Assembly: GCA_963803435.1 (NCBI GenBank)
Contig: CAWDML010000001.1
Coordinates: 768,001-832,000, forward strand
Length of the DNA: 64,000 bases
Reading direction: 5' to 3'
Source of the DNA: an uncultured delta proteobacterium
GTDB taxonomy: Bacteria; Myxococcota; Kuafuiibacteriia; Kuafuiibacteriales; Kuafuiibacteriaceae
Shown here: positions 47,867 to 58,111 of the stretch, one piece after another
Numbering within the stretch: position 1 is the first letter of the stretch
Layout: the number at the start of each line of letters is the position of its first letter
The notes under the pieces: generated by a model
Databases searched by the model: none
What the model was told of the DNA's origin: nothing
The model's input: only the letters and a program-made list of their open reading frames with translations
Translations under genes and position numbers: made by a program

Positions 47867-48981
47867 CCCTCGAGAGTGATCGCCTGCGCGATCGCCCTCG
47901 CCTCGCGATTGATGTCGCGCAGCTGACCGGTCAGCGGGTTGCGAAAGCCGAGAAAGTAGAGGCCCGGCACCTCCGACTCGCGACCGTGGACCTTCGGGTA
48001 GCCGCGCGCGTCCGTGACCTCCGCGCTGCACTCGAGGAAGTCGCCCAGCCCAGCCTCGAACCCGGTCGCCAGGACCACAGCGTCGAAGACGACCTGGGTG
48101 CCGTCGGTGAACACGACCGCGTCCTCCTCGAAGCGCTCGACTCCGGCGTGAACCGAGATCCGTCCCGCTTTGATCGCGTCGATCGTGCCCACGTCGATCA
48201 CCGGGATGCGCCCGCGGGTCAGCACCTGTGTGACCGGGCCGATCGCTGGACGCACGATCCCGTACTTCCCGAGGTCGCCGAAGTACTGGGCGGCGGCGCG
48301 GATCCCGATCGCATCGGCGACCCGGAGCGGGAGCTTCGAGAGCACCAGACCGGTCCACTGGGCCGGAATGCCGTAGAGGTCGCGCGGCACCACGTGCGTG
48401 GGGCTCCGAAGGGAGATCGCCGACTCGCGCGCGCCCTGCTCCATCAGGTCGAGCGCGATCTCGGCGCCCGAGTTCCCCATGCCGACGACCAGCACCGCCT
48501 TGTCGCGATAGGCGGCGCCGCTCCGATAGCGCGACGAGTGGATCAGCTCGCCTTTGAAGCGCTCCTGGCCCGGCCACGTGGGGATCTTCGGCGTCCGGTT
48601 GTAGCCGGTGGCGACGATCAAGCGCCGGGCGGTGTGCGTGCGATCCTGGGTCTCGACGATCCACGCGTTCCCCTCGCGCCGCGCCGAGCGCACGTCCTGG
48701 CCGAGCTCGGGACGCAGCTTGAACCGCCGGGCGTAGCTCTCCAGATACTCGATGAACTCGGCTCGCGGTACGTATCGGGGATAGTCGCGGGGGAACGGCT
48801 CGTACGGGAGGCTCGACATCTCCTTGACCGTGTGGAGGTGGAGCCGGTCGTAGTGGCCGCGCCAGGAGGCGCCGATCGCGGTGCTCCGATCGATCTGGAT
48901 GTAGCGGATCCGCGCCCGCTCGAAGCAAGCCGCGGTCGACAGCCCAGCAGGACCGGCACCGATGATCAGAGCGTCGTGCAT
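47839..48981 (-). CDS. Flavin-containing monooxygenase, YUCCA-like
   Basis: IIGAGPAG, W...YDRLHLH, HSSRYRSG, VVGMGNSGAEIALDL, DAVVLATGF. Confidence 0.9.
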   Translation of the reverse strand: MHDALIIGAGPAGLSTAACFERARIRYIQIDRSTAIGASWRGHYDRLHLHTVKEMSSLPYEPFPRDYPRYVPRAEFIEYLESYARRFKLRPELGQDVRSARREGNAWIVETQDRTHTARRLIVATGYNRTPKIPTWPGQERFKGELIHSSRYRSGAAYRDKAVLVVGMGNSGAEIALDLMEQGARESAISLRSPTHVVPRDLYGIPAQWTGLVLSKLPLRVADAIGIRAAAQYFGDLGKYGIVRPAIGPVTQVLTRGRIPVIDVGTIDAIKAGRISVHAGVERFEEDAVVFTDGTQVVFDAVVLATGFEAGLGDFLECSAEVTDARGYPKVHGRESEVPGLYFLGFRNPLTGQLRDINREARAIAQAITLEGQVGNAASS

Positions 48982-50339
48982 CACTCGGCCGTCAGATACA
49001 GATAGCCGATGCACATCTCGTCGGCGGACGTGTTGCCCCAGTTGACGTCCCGCACCTCACGCCGCCTGCCGTCCACGATCGGCTGGTTGCCGGCCGTGTT
49101 GTCCCAGTGACACTCGAGATAGATCTCGTCGATCCCCAGCTCGAACGGGATGGGATCGGTGTGCAGGTATCCGTACTGCCAGTTGAAGTCCCAGCGCGGG
49201 ATCGTGAGCACGCACTGCTGGGAGCTGTCGGGGCGGACCACGCGGATCGTCCCCTGCGTACCGAGGTAGTGCATGTGCAGGCCGGCCCCGTGGATCTTGA
49301 GCTTGCGGGCCGTCAGCCAGGGCGCGAAGAGCTGGATGAGGCCGTCCGGGTTCAGCTGGAAGCTGTGCACGACGTCGGGATCGTTCGCGGGGATGGGCAT
49401 GTTTCCGTTCTGGCTCCACTCCTGGAAGTTCCAGAACGGCGCGATCAGCGCCTCGCGGTCGACGGAGTCCTCCAGCTGAAGCGCCAGCGCCGAGCGATCC
49501 GATCCGCTCCGGTTCTCGCCCAGGTTGAAGTGCATCTCGATCACGATCACCGAGCCCGGATCGACGCGGATGCCGGTGCCCTCCGGATAGACGAGCCCGG
49601 TGCTGCCGGGGGCCCACGAGCCCAGCAGCGCCGTGCCGTCCGCAAAGGCGCCGCCGAAGCAGGGATAGCCGGGTCCGGCCGCCTGCTGATCGAGGGCGCG
49701 GAACGCGGCCACGCCGTTGCCGGAGGCGATGTAGAGGTTGGCGTGGTGGACGATCGCCGGGTTGCTCGGCTCCAGGTTGAAACCGCTGACATACTTGGTG
49801 GTGGTCTCGGGCCAGTCGACGACGAAGCAGCGGTAGTCGTCGGTCCCGGTGGGCGTGTAGGGCGCCTGCGTCTGGATCCGCAGATCGGTCCGGTGGATGC
49901 CGACGTCGATCGGGGGGACGGGATCGCCGACCACCGAGGGGTCGCCCATCGGCGCGCCGCCGGCGATCCACGCGTCGATCGTCGCGATCTGATCCGGGGT
50001 GAGCGAGCGATCGTTCTTGAAGGTGTTGCAGTTCGGACCGGCGTGCCACGGCGGCATCAGCTTCGAGTCCACCTGCGCCTTGATCATCGGGACGGCCTGC
50101 TCGACCACCGCGGGCACCGACAGATCGATCGGGCCGATGCCGCCGGTCGTGTGGCATCCGGCGCAGCGGCCGTCGATGATCGGTTTGACGTCGCGGAAGA
50201 AGACAACGCCCGGCTGCTCCTCGCCGGCGTCGGGCTCGGCCCCGCCGGCGTCGGGCGCGGGGTTCGACCCGTCATCGCCGGAGGAGGGCGAGCAGGCGGC
50301 CAGGAACAGGAGCACGACGGAGGTCGAAGCGAGCCGCAT
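48981..50339 (-). CDS. Lipoprotein: CxxCH module plus copper type II (DBH/PHM-like) monooxygenase
   Basis: LFLAAC lipobox, CAGCH, MPPW, DDYRCF, IVHHA, HMHYLG, WDFNWQ, DEMC. Confidence 0.88.
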   Translation of the reverse strand: MRLASTSVVLLFLAACSPSSGDDGSNPAPDAGGAEPDAGEEQPGVVFFRDVKPIIDGRCAGCHTTGGIGPIDLSVPAVVEQAVPMIKAQVDSKLMPPWHAGPNCNTFKNDRSLTPDQIATIDAWIAGGAPMGDPSVVGDPVPPIDVGIHRTDLRIQTQAPYTPTGTDDYRCFVVDWPETTTKYVSGFNLEPSNPAIVHHANLYIASGNGVAAFRALDQQAAGPGYPCFGGAFADGTALLGSWAPGSTGLVYPEGTGIRVDPGSVIVIEMHFNLGENRSGSDRSALALQLEDSVDREALIAPFWNFQEWSQNGNMPIPANDPDVVHSFQLNPDGLIQLFAPWLTARKLKIHGAGLHMHYLGTQGTIRVVRPDSSQQCVLTIPRWDFNWQYGYLHTDPIPFELGIDEIYLECHWDNTAGNQPIVDGRRREVRDVNWGNTSADEMCIGYLYLTAE

Positions 50340-50371
50340 CGGTCAGAGGTTGGGCCGGGGAGCGGAGCAGA

Positions 50372-51523
50372 TCAAGGACCGACCGACGGAAGGACCAGCG
50401 GGTCGCTCGGTACCGGCAGCAGGGGCGCCGTCGAGAGGTCCTCGGCCGGAACGGTGACCGGGGTCCCACCGTTCTGGACGACGATCTGCCACGCTCCATT
50501 GGCGGCGTCGACCTCGTTGGCGCCGAACACCACGTTCACGCCGGGCGCGTCGACGATCGCCTGCGCGCGCGCATTGTCGCGGAACGTCGCGCCCGCCACC
50601 GAGACATCACCCGACGAGTCGAGGAGCAGCAGCCCATCGCCGAGCTCGGCGTTGAGGCCGCCGGGAAGGACGGTGGTGCGCAGCGTCGTCCCTTCGATGG
50701 TGCCCGCGATCGAGACGCCGACCGAGTCGAGCACGAGCACGCCGATCCCGGCGTGACCGGAGACGTCGGTCGAGCCCTCCAGCGAGAGACCGGGCGCGGC
50801 GGCGCTGCCCCGGAGGCCCTGGGCCCAGACGCCGGCGGCCGTGCAGTCCCGGACGGTGGCGTCGCGGAGGGAGAGCCTGGTGTCGGCTCCGTCGGCGACG
50901 ACACCGTAGTCGCTGTCCGCCAGCTCGCCGCCCTCGATCTGGAGCGAACCGCCGTTTGCAACGTAACTTGCGCCGCCGCCGCTGAGGCCGGTGCTGGTGA
51001 CGTCCGCGATCATTCCGCCCACCACGCGGACGCGCGCGTGGTCCACGATCAGCCCGGAGCGCGCGCGCCGGATCTCGACCTGGTCCAGCGTGATCTGGCC
51101 GCGCAGGCAGCCCGGATCCTCGCAGCGGATCCCCACCGCGGCGTCCCCCGTGTCGAGCACCCGATCCTGTTGGAGCACGAAGTCGGCCGCGTCGATCAGG
51201 ATCCCGCGCGCCGGACCGGAGCTCACCGTGATCCCGTAGAGACCGCCGCCGTCGCCCGCCTGGATCACCGCCGGAGCACCGCCCGCGATCGTGGGGCCGG
51301 CGTTCGCCGCGGCGAGCAGGCGGACGCCGGCGGGCAACACGATCGGGCCGGCGTACCCGCCGTCCGCCAGCAAGATGCAGTCGCCCGCCCCCGCCGACGC
51401 GAGCGCCGACGAGAGCTCGGCGTCGTCGGCCGCCTCGAAGACGCTGGCGCACTCGACGTCGAACGGGACCTCGGGATCGCCGCAGGCGCACAGCATCAGC
51501 GGGAGGCAGGTCAGCGCGCGCAT
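50372..51523 (-). CDS. Lipoprotein with right-handed beta-helix repeats
   Basis: MRALTCLPLMLCAC lipobox; AGAGDCILLADGGY, then repeated G(I/V)x(V/I) turns. Confidence 0.72.
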   Translation of the reverse strand: MRALTCLPLMLCACGDPEVPFDVECASVFEAADDAELSSALASAGAGDCILLADGGYAGPIVLPAGVRLLAAANAGPTIAGGAPAVIQAGDGGGLYGITVSSGPARGILIDAADFVLQQDRVLDTGDAAVGIRCEDPGCLRGQITLDQVEIRRARSGLIVDHARVRVVGGMIADVTSTGLSGGGASYVANGGSLQIEGGELADSDYGVVADGADTRLSLRDATVRDCTAAGVWAQGLRGSAAAPGLSLEGSTDVSGHAGIGVLVLDSVGVSIAGTIEGTTLRTTVLPGGLNAELGDGLLLLDSSGDVSVAGATFRDNARAQAIVDAPGVNVVFGANEVDAANGAWQIVVQNGGTPVTVPAEDLSTAPLLPVPSDPLVLPSVGP

Positions 51524-54500
51524 GGATGGTTCTCCGGAGGCGCCGCCGCCGTCAGCACACCCGATCGCCAGACGAGCGGAACCTCCTGCCACACCGATCG
51601 CAGGAGCATGCAGTAGTCCGGCGCGAACGTGTTGATCGCACCGCCGTAGGCGCCGAGCTCGCTGGCGAAGGAGATCCTCCGGTCGGCCGTCTCGATCAGC
51701 GACGCCGGGCCGTGCACGCGCGAGGCCGCCAGCTGGACGCCCCGCTCGACGTCCCAGATCCCCAGCGTGCCGTCGGCGAAGCCGGCGATCAGCACGCCCA
51801 TGGGCCCCACCTCGAGCCGCACCACCCTGCTGGCGGGAGTGCCCTCGAACCCGCGCGGCCGACCCGCCAGCTCGATCCCGCCGTCCGGATAGCCGAGGAC
51901 AACCTTGTTCAGGACGCGCGCGATGGCGATCGCGCCGCCGGGATACGGTTGCTCCTCCACCCGCCGGCCGTCGAGCTCGTAGCGCGCGATGCGATCGTCG
52001 CCGGCGACGATGATCGAGCTCTCGTCGGTACCGATCGCGCGGGCCGACGGCATCAGCTCCACCGGCGCGCCGGAGATGGGATAGAACGTGGCCCCCTTCG
52101 CCAGGCCGACGCAGCCGGTCTCGAGCGCGCGCACGTCGCGGATCCCTGGCACCTCGACCGACCACTTCGCGCTCGGCCCGTCCCACCACAGCGAGAGGTG
52201 CTCGTTGCGCTCGACCAGGCACGCGTGCGTCCGCGCGGTCGCGCCGATCATCGCGCGCCGGGCCGGCTTGGCCCACGGCGACTCCGGATCGATGGGGCCG
52301 CGGGCGTCGCGCCACCCCGAGCTCGTCGCCAGCTGTCCGCCGTCGAACAGCGAGGCCCACCAGTACGGGCTCCCATCCAGGTTCCAGACCCGGACCGTGC
52401 CATCGTCGCCCGCCGCCGCCACGCGCGCGCCGTCGGGCGCGAACCGGATCTCGTTGACCTCGCCGGTGTGTCCGGCGAGCCGGATCTTCTTCCCCTCCGA
52501 GGGCGTCCACAGGAACGCGCCGTCGGCGCCAGCGGAGGCGATATGCGATCCGCTGGGATCGATCGCGACCGAGTAGATGCGGCCCTCCTGGCGTCCGATC
52601 ACGGTGCTCTCGCCCGTCGGGAGCGTCCACGCGCGGATGGTGCCGTCGTAGCCCGCCGAGATCAGGCCGCCCTGAGGTCCGAACGCGACGGCCCAGACCT
52701 TGTCCCGGTGTCCCTCGAGCACCTTCAACGGCTTGCCGTTCGGGTTCCAGAGCCGGACCGTCTTGTCGGCGCCTGCGGAGGCGATGCGTCCGTCCTCGGC
52801 GAAGGCCACGTCGAACACCGCGCCTTGATGACCCGCGAGCACCGGGCCCTTTCCATCCGCGGTGAACAGCCGGACCAAGCCGTCGCCCCCCGCGGAGGCG
52901 ACGGTCCGTCCGTCGGGCGCCACCGCCACCGCGTAGACCACGCCCTCATGATCGTCGTAGGACGCCCGCTGCCGGCCGGTGGCCAGCTCGAGCAGCCGCA
53001 CGGATCCGCTCTGGGAGGCGGTGGCGAGCAAGCCCTTCCTCGCGGCGACGCCGTACACCGTGCCGCCGGCCACCAGCATCTCGTCGGCCGACTCGCCGTC
53101 GTCGCTCCAGGCCAGCACGCGGCGATCGTAGCCTCCCGAGATCACGCCGCGCTCGGTGAACGCGAGGGACGCGACCGCGTCGGTGTGGCCCTCGGTCGGC
53201 GGCGGCGACGCGTCGAGACGGTGGAGATCGAGCCTGCGATCGATCCCGCCGGAGAGCACCGCGTCTCCGGCTGCGGCCACGCCCCAGACCGTCCCCTCGT
53301 GACGGGCGATCACGCGGACGTCGCCGCTGAGCGGCTCGAGCAGACGAACGGATCCGTCCTGGCCGGCCGAGATCACCCGGCCCCGCTGATCGAACGCGAG
53401 GCGCATGATCAACCCGGGGTGCACGGGGAAGCGCTTGGAGGTCTCCTCGTCGAAGAGCAGGACGTCGCCCTCCTCCGTGGCGACCGCAAGCTTCCCTTTG
53501 GACGAGATCGCCACCGCGGACACATGGGGAACCTCGATCGCATGCATCTCCTGGAGCGTCCTCGGATCGAGGAGCAGCACCAGATCGGCGGACGCCACCG
53601 CGATCGAGTCGTCGGAGATCGCGGCGTCGCGCGCGGCCGGTCCGTTGCGCTCGAGATCGTCGGTGAGGCGCCGGACCGTCCCACCGGTCGTCACCATCAC
53701 CAGGCCCTCGTGCGTGAAGCCGAGCCCGACCACGCGTTCTCCGCCGGGCACCATCACGCGCGACGTTCCGGCCGCCAGATCCCAGAGCCGCACCTCGCCC
53801 GACCACCCGCTCGAGGCGAGACGTCCGTCGGGGGCGAACGCCAGCCGCATCACCTGATCGCCGTGTCCGCGCAGGCTGGTCGAGGACAGCAGCGTGGTAT
53901 CGAAGATGCGGATGGTCCGATCCTGTCCGGCGGCCGCGTAGCGATCGAGCGCGGGGGAGACGGCCACGTCGAACAGCCCGGTCCCGAGGGAGCGCTCCCA
54001 GATCAGCGGGTCGCTCTCCATCCTCCACCACAGCAGGCGCGCCAGCGCCGAGTCCGAGATCTCGAGGGCGCTGCGGAGCTTGGCCTTGGCCTCGAGATGA
54101 CGTTTCCGCTCGACCGAGGCCCGAGCGCTCTCGATCAGCGCCACCGAGCTCTCCGCCTCCGCACGATCGTGATCGGCGCGCGCCTTGGCCGCGCCGTCCA
54201 TCGCGATCGCCGCGAAGCCGCCCGCCAGGGCCGCCGAGAAGAAGGCGATCGCGATCGCGATCATCAACCGGCTCCGCCGCCTCTGCTCGAGCTCGTGGGC
54301 CCGGAGCGCCGAGGCCGAGAGGAACCGTGCGGCACCCGGCGCGATCGGAAAGCCGCGACGATCGATCGCCTGCTGCGCCTCGTCCAGGCGCGTGCCGTCC
54401 CAGAGCGCCTCCTGCCGTCCGCCGCGGTCCTTCCAGCGCGCGGCCGCCTCCTCCAGCTCGATCACCACCTTGACGGCGGGATCCTCCTCGAGGCGCTGGA

Positions 54501-55536
54501 GCCGGACCAGCACGTTCTGCGCGGTGGGGCGCGCGCTCGGATCCTTGGCGAGACAGGCACCGACCAGCGTCCGGAGCTCCTTCGGGACCGGCGCGTCCAC
54601 CGGGAGCGCCGGGGCCGGTCCGGCCTCGCATACCTGAAGCGCGTACGAGATCGCCGACGTCTCGCGGTACGGCCGGTCGCCCGCGATCATCTCGTAGAGG
54701 ATCACGCCGAGCGCCCAGAGGTCTGCGGGTGCGCCGGCGTCCGTGCCGCGCCACTGCTCGGGGGCCATGTAGCCCGGCGTGCCCCTGATCCCCTGGGCGG
54801 CCGATCGCGTGATCATGGGGTCGCCGTCGGGCACCAGGATCTTGGCCAGGCCGAAGTCGAGCACCCGGACCCGGCCGTCGTCGCCGAAGAGGATGTTCTG
54901 CGGCTTGAGATCCCGGTGAAAGACCTGGTGATGGTGGGCCTCGGCGAGCGCCTCGGCGATCGCCTTCGCGATCTGGAGGGCGCGCCCGAGCGAGAGCGGG
55001 CCCCGATCGAGCGCGGTCCGCAGCGACTCGCCGCCGAGATACTCGAGCGCCAGATAGGGATGGTCCGCGTGCTCGCCGACGGAGTGGATCGCGACGATGT
55101 TCGGGTGCGCGAAGCGGGCGGTGGCGCGCGCCTCCACCAGGAAGCGCTGGTGCGCCTCCTCGGACGCGACCAGGGCCGGAGAGATCAGCTTGAGCGCGAC
55201 GCTGCGCTCGAGCTTCGTGTCCCACGCCAGGTAGACCTCGCCCATGCCGCCCCGCCCGAGGGACCGTTCGATGCGGAAGTGATCGACCATGTCGCCTTGG
55301 ACCAGCGCCTCCTTCTCGGCCGGATCGGGCGCCGGGAGGCTCCCCTCCTCCGCTGCAACCGCCAGCAGCATCCGGCAGGCGGCGCAGCCGTCGAGGTGCG
55401 CCTCGATCCTCCGCACCTCGAGGGCCCCCGCGCGCCAATCGAGGTAGGCGAGGACCTGCTCCTCGTCGAGGCACCGCAACGGACCCTCGTCGGAGGGACG
55501 CAGGACGGTGTCGGCGGTCGCGCTCTTTTCCGTCAT
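51511..55536 (-). CDS. Ser/Thr kinase with N-terminal zf-HC2, TM segment and WD40 repeats
   Basis: HLDGCAAC, LGRGGMGEVY, HRDLKPQN, GTPGYMAPEQ, many GH..V..VAF.PDG..ASAG.D.TVRLW repeats. Confidence 0.93.
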   Translation of the reverse strand: MTEKSATADTVLRPSDEGPLRCLDEEQVLAYLDWRAGALEVRRIEAHLDGCAACRMLLAVAAEEGSLPAPDPAEKEALVQGDMVDHFRIERSLGRGGMGEVYLAWDTKLERSVALKLISPALVASEEAHQRFLVEARATARFAHPNIVAIHSVGEHADHPYLALEYLGGESLRTALDRGPLSLGRALQIAKAIAEALAEAHHHQVFHRDLKPQNILFGDDGRVRVLDFGLAKILVPDGDPMITRSAAQGIRGTPGYMAPEQWRGTDAGAPADLWALGVILYEMIAGDRPYRETSAISYALQVCEAGPAPALPVDAPVPKELRTLVGACLAKDPSARPTAQNVLVRLQRLEEDPAVKVVIELEEAAARWKDRGGRQEALWDGTRLDEAQQAIDRRGFPIAPGAARFLSASALRAHELEQRRRSRLMIAIAIAFFSAALAGGFAAIAMDGAAKARADHDRAEAESSVALIESARASVERKRHLEAKAKLRSALEISDSALARLLWWRMESDPLIWERSLGTGLFDVAVSPALDRYAAAGQDRTIRIFDTTLLSSTSLRGHGDQVMRLAFAPDGRLASSGWSGEVRLWDLAAGTSRVMVPGGERVVGLGFTHEGLVMVTTGGTVRRLTDDLERNGPAARDAAISDDSIAVASADLVLLLDPRTLQEMHAIEVPHVSAVAISSKGKLAVATEEGDVLLFDEETSKRFPVHPGLIMRLAFDQRGRVISAGQDGSVRLLEPLSGDVRVIARHEGTVWGVAAAGDAVLSGGIDRRLDLHRLDASPPPTEGHTDAVASLAFTERGVISGGYDRRVLAWSDDGESADEMLVAGGTVYGVAARKGLLATASQSGSVRLLELATGRQRASYDDHEGVVYAVAVAPDGRTVASAGGDGLVRLFTADGKGPVLAGHQGAVFDVAFAEDGRIASAGADKTVRLWNPNGKPLKVLEGHRDKVWAVAFGPQGGLISAGYDGTIRAWTLPTGESTVIGRQEGRIYSVAIDPSGSHIASAGADGAFLWTPSEGKKIRLAGHTGEVNEIRFAPDGARVAAAGDDGTVRVWNLDGSPYWWASLFDGGQLATSSGWRDARGPIDPESPWAKPARRAMIGATARTHACLVERNEHLSLWWDGPSAKWSVEVPGIRDVRALETGCVGLAKGATFYPISGAPVELMPSARAIGTDESSIIVAGDDRIARYELDGRRVEEQPYPGGAIAIARVLNKVVLGYPDGGIELAGRPRGFEGTPASRVVRLEVGPMGVLIAGFADGTLGIWDVERGVQLAASRVHGPASLIETADRRISFASELGAYGGAINTFAPDYCMLLRSVWQEVPLVWRSGVLTAAAPPENHPCAR

Positions 55537-56231
55537 GTCTCTCCCTCGGTCCGGAGGAGGCGGCTCAGGGAGACGTCGAGCTGGCTCTGGATCAGGCGCA
55601 TGATGCTGTCGAACTCCGCCCGGTCGACCTCGATCTTGTCCATCAGGATCTCGCGGGTGCGGACCAGGAGGGTGTCCCGCACGCCGGCGATCCAGCGTGC
55701 AACGGTGGCGCGATGCACCCCGTAGACCGCGCCGATCTGATCGATGTTGCGCCCGTCGAGCACATGGTACTTCAGGACCGTGCGCTCCTTCGGCCCGAGC
55801 GCAGCGATCGACTGCTCGAACGCGGCCTTGAACTCCGCGGCGTAGAGATCCTTGAGGTACGCGAGCTCCGGGTCGACGCCGCCTGCGAGCGCCTGCGCCA
55901 GCGCGACCTCCTCGACGGGGACCTCCTTGCTCTCCCGCCGGAGCAGGCTGATCGCCTCCCGGGTGGCGGCCACCCGGATCCAGCGGCCGAGATCGCCCTG
56001 CCCCGTGTACGACGCGATCTTGGGAGGCACGCCGTCACCCACGAAGAGCTTCTGCCGCAGGCGCTGCTTGACCTCGTCCGCCAGAGCATGACCGCCCTCG
56101 AAGCGCGCGAGGAGGCGATCGAGCGCCACGAAGTACCTCGCCTCGACGCTGGCGATCGCGTCCACATCGCCGCGTGCGCATCTTCTGGCGAGCTCGAGGT
56201 CGGCGCTCGTGCTCTGGTCGCCGCCGCCCAT
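55533..56231 (-). CDS. ECF-type sigma-70 factor (Myxococcales type)
   Basis: DLELARRCARGD, YTGQGDLGRWIRVAA, DPELAYLK..Y, region 4 IDQIGAVYGVHRATVARW; ATGA-coupled to the kinase. Confidence 0.85.
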   Translation of the reverse strand: MGGGDQSTSADLELARRCARGDVDAIASVEARYFVALDRLLARFEGGHALADEVKQRLRQKLFVGDGVPPKIASYTGQGDLGRWIRVAATREAISLLRRESKEVPVEEVALAQALAGGVDPELAYLKDLYAAEFKAAFEQSIAALGPKERTVLKYHVLDGRNIDQIGAVYGVHRATVARWIAGVRDTLLVRTREILMDKIEVDRAEFDSIMRLIQSQLDVSLSRLLRTEGET

Positions 56232-56283
56232 CTCGGCCGCGATACTCCGGAAGGTGGGAAAATGCACCCGAAAGTGCACGTAG

Positions 56284-57015
56284 ATGGTCGCGGCGGAACA
56301 GCGTAAGACGGGTTCGATGGCTCCCCTGACCGGAGGCACGCTCTCCATAGACGTCGGCGGTACGGGCGTGAAGATGTTGGTGCTCGACACCAAGGGCACG
56401 CCGCTGAGCGAGCGCGCCCGTGTCGAGACGCCCCGGCCCGCCACTCCGCTCGCGATCGTGCAGACGATCGTCGAGCTGGCCAAGAAACAGCCGCCCTACG
56501 AGCGGGTCTCCGTCGGCTTCCCGGGCGTGGTGGTGGAAGGCGTCGTGCGCACGGCGCCCAACCTCGACGGCGACTGGGCCAGCTTCACCCTGGCGCTTCA
56601 GCTGCAAGAGCAGTTGCGGCGCCCGGTCCGCGCGGCCAACGACGCCGATGTCCAGGGTCTCGGCGCGGTCGAGGGCCGCGGCGTCGAGATGGTGCTCACG
56701 CTCGGCACGGGCCTCGGGTCCGCCCTCTTCATCGACGGCGTGCTGGTCCCCAACCTCGAGCTCGGCCACCACCCGTTCCACCACGGCAAGAGCTACGAGG
56801 ACTATGTCGACAATCGGGCGCTGGAGAAGATCGGGAAGAAGAAGTGGAGCAAGCGCGTCCTTCGCGTGATCGATCAGATCCAGCCGGTGTGGAACTGCCG
56901 CCTGATCCACCTGGGCGGGGGCAACGCCAAGAAGCTGGAGGCGGAGCTCCCAGGCTTCGTCCGGATCGTCTCCAACATCGCCGGCCTGCTCGGCGGCATC
57001 CATCTGTGGCGCTGA
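56284..57015 (+). CDS. ppgK: ROK-family polyphosphate glucokinase-like sugar kinase
   Basis: IDVGGTGVK, VGFPG, NDADVQG, TLGTGLGSALF, NLELGH; start may be 56317. Confidence 0.8.
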   Translation: MVAAEQRKTGSMAPLTGGTLSIDVGGTGVKMLVLDTKGTPLSERARVETPRPATPLAIVQTIVELAKKQPPYERVSVGFPGVVVEGVVRTAPNLDGDWASFTLALQLQEQLRRPVRAANDADVQGLGAVEGRGVEMVLTLGTGLGSALFIDGVLVPNLELGHHPFHHGKSYEDYVDNRALEKIGKKKWSKRVLRVIDQIQPVWNCRLIHLGGGNAKKLEAELPGFVRIVSNIAGLLGGIHLWR

Positions 57016-57030
57016 ACGAGGGGCTCTGGT

Positions 57031-58111
57031 TCAAAGCCCCAACGTCTCGACCTGCTCGCGGTGGATCGCCCGCCACGACTCGACGCTCGCGACGTCCGCA
57101 CGCGCCTCCACGCTCTCGCCGTCGGCGTGGGCGAGGCGATCGGCGATGTACACCGCCTCCGGGACGCCCAGCGAGTCGAGGCGCTCGAGCGGCTGCTCCT
57201 GCCAGGCCACCGCCTCCACGATCCGCGCCGGCAGGCCCCAAAGGCCCAGGAGATAAGCGCCGACGTGGGCGTGAGGGGAGAGCTCGTCTCGCCGCGCATT
57301 GCCCGCGAGCACCAGCGCGCCGATCCCGTGCAGCAACCCGGCGACGAACGCGTCCTCGGCGGCGGGGCGTGCGGTGAGGATGCGGCTCGCGACCTTGCCG
57401 ACCAGCAGGCCGTGAATGCGGACCGCCTCGACCTCGACCCGGTCCATGCTTCCACACTCGAAGACGCCCGCGGTCAAAACCAAGTTCTTCAACATCTCGA
57501 CGCCCAGATACGCGACGGCGTCCCGCATGCTCGAGATTCTGACGGCCCAGACCGAAGAAGGCCGAGTTGGCGAGCTGGAGCGTCTTCGCAGACATCGCCA
57601 CGTCCGTCTCCATCAGCTCCACGTAGTCCTTGACGCCGCGATCGGGATCGTCCGCCAGCGTGACCAGCCGTTGGTAGAGCTCCGGGGGTGAGGGGAGCTT
57701 CGCCAGCCCGGCTACCACGCTCCGCAGGTGCTCGTCGTGCAAGAGCGCCTGGAGCTCGAGCGCTCGGTTCACCGTGCTGATCAACTTGCCGGGCTCGCAC
57801 GGCTTGCTCAGGAACTGGTGCGCCACCGGGAGCACGCGGAGCGCGCCTTCCAACTCGGTGTGCCCCGAGAGCACGATCCGGACGGCCTCGGGATAGCGCT
57901 CCTTGACCGTCGCCAGCAGCTGCGCGCCGTCCTTCCCCGGCATCCGCATGTCGGTGACCACCACGTCGGCCGGCTCCTTCTCCAGCGCTTCGAGCGCCTG
58001 GTCGGCGCCCTCTGCGAAACGCATGCTCCACTCGCGACGTTTCGACCGCATCAGGTTGCGCAAGCCGTCCAGGACGCGACGCTCGTCGTCGACGAAGAGG
58101 ATCCGCTTCAT
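57031..58111 (-). CDS. Response regulator (REC + HDOD), frameshift near 57537
   Basis: ILFVDDE..TDMRMP..KP, then LQLANSAFFG / AVAYLG..AGLLHGIG..HAHVGAYLLGLWGLP. Removing one base gives GRQISSMRDAV. Confidence 0.88.
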
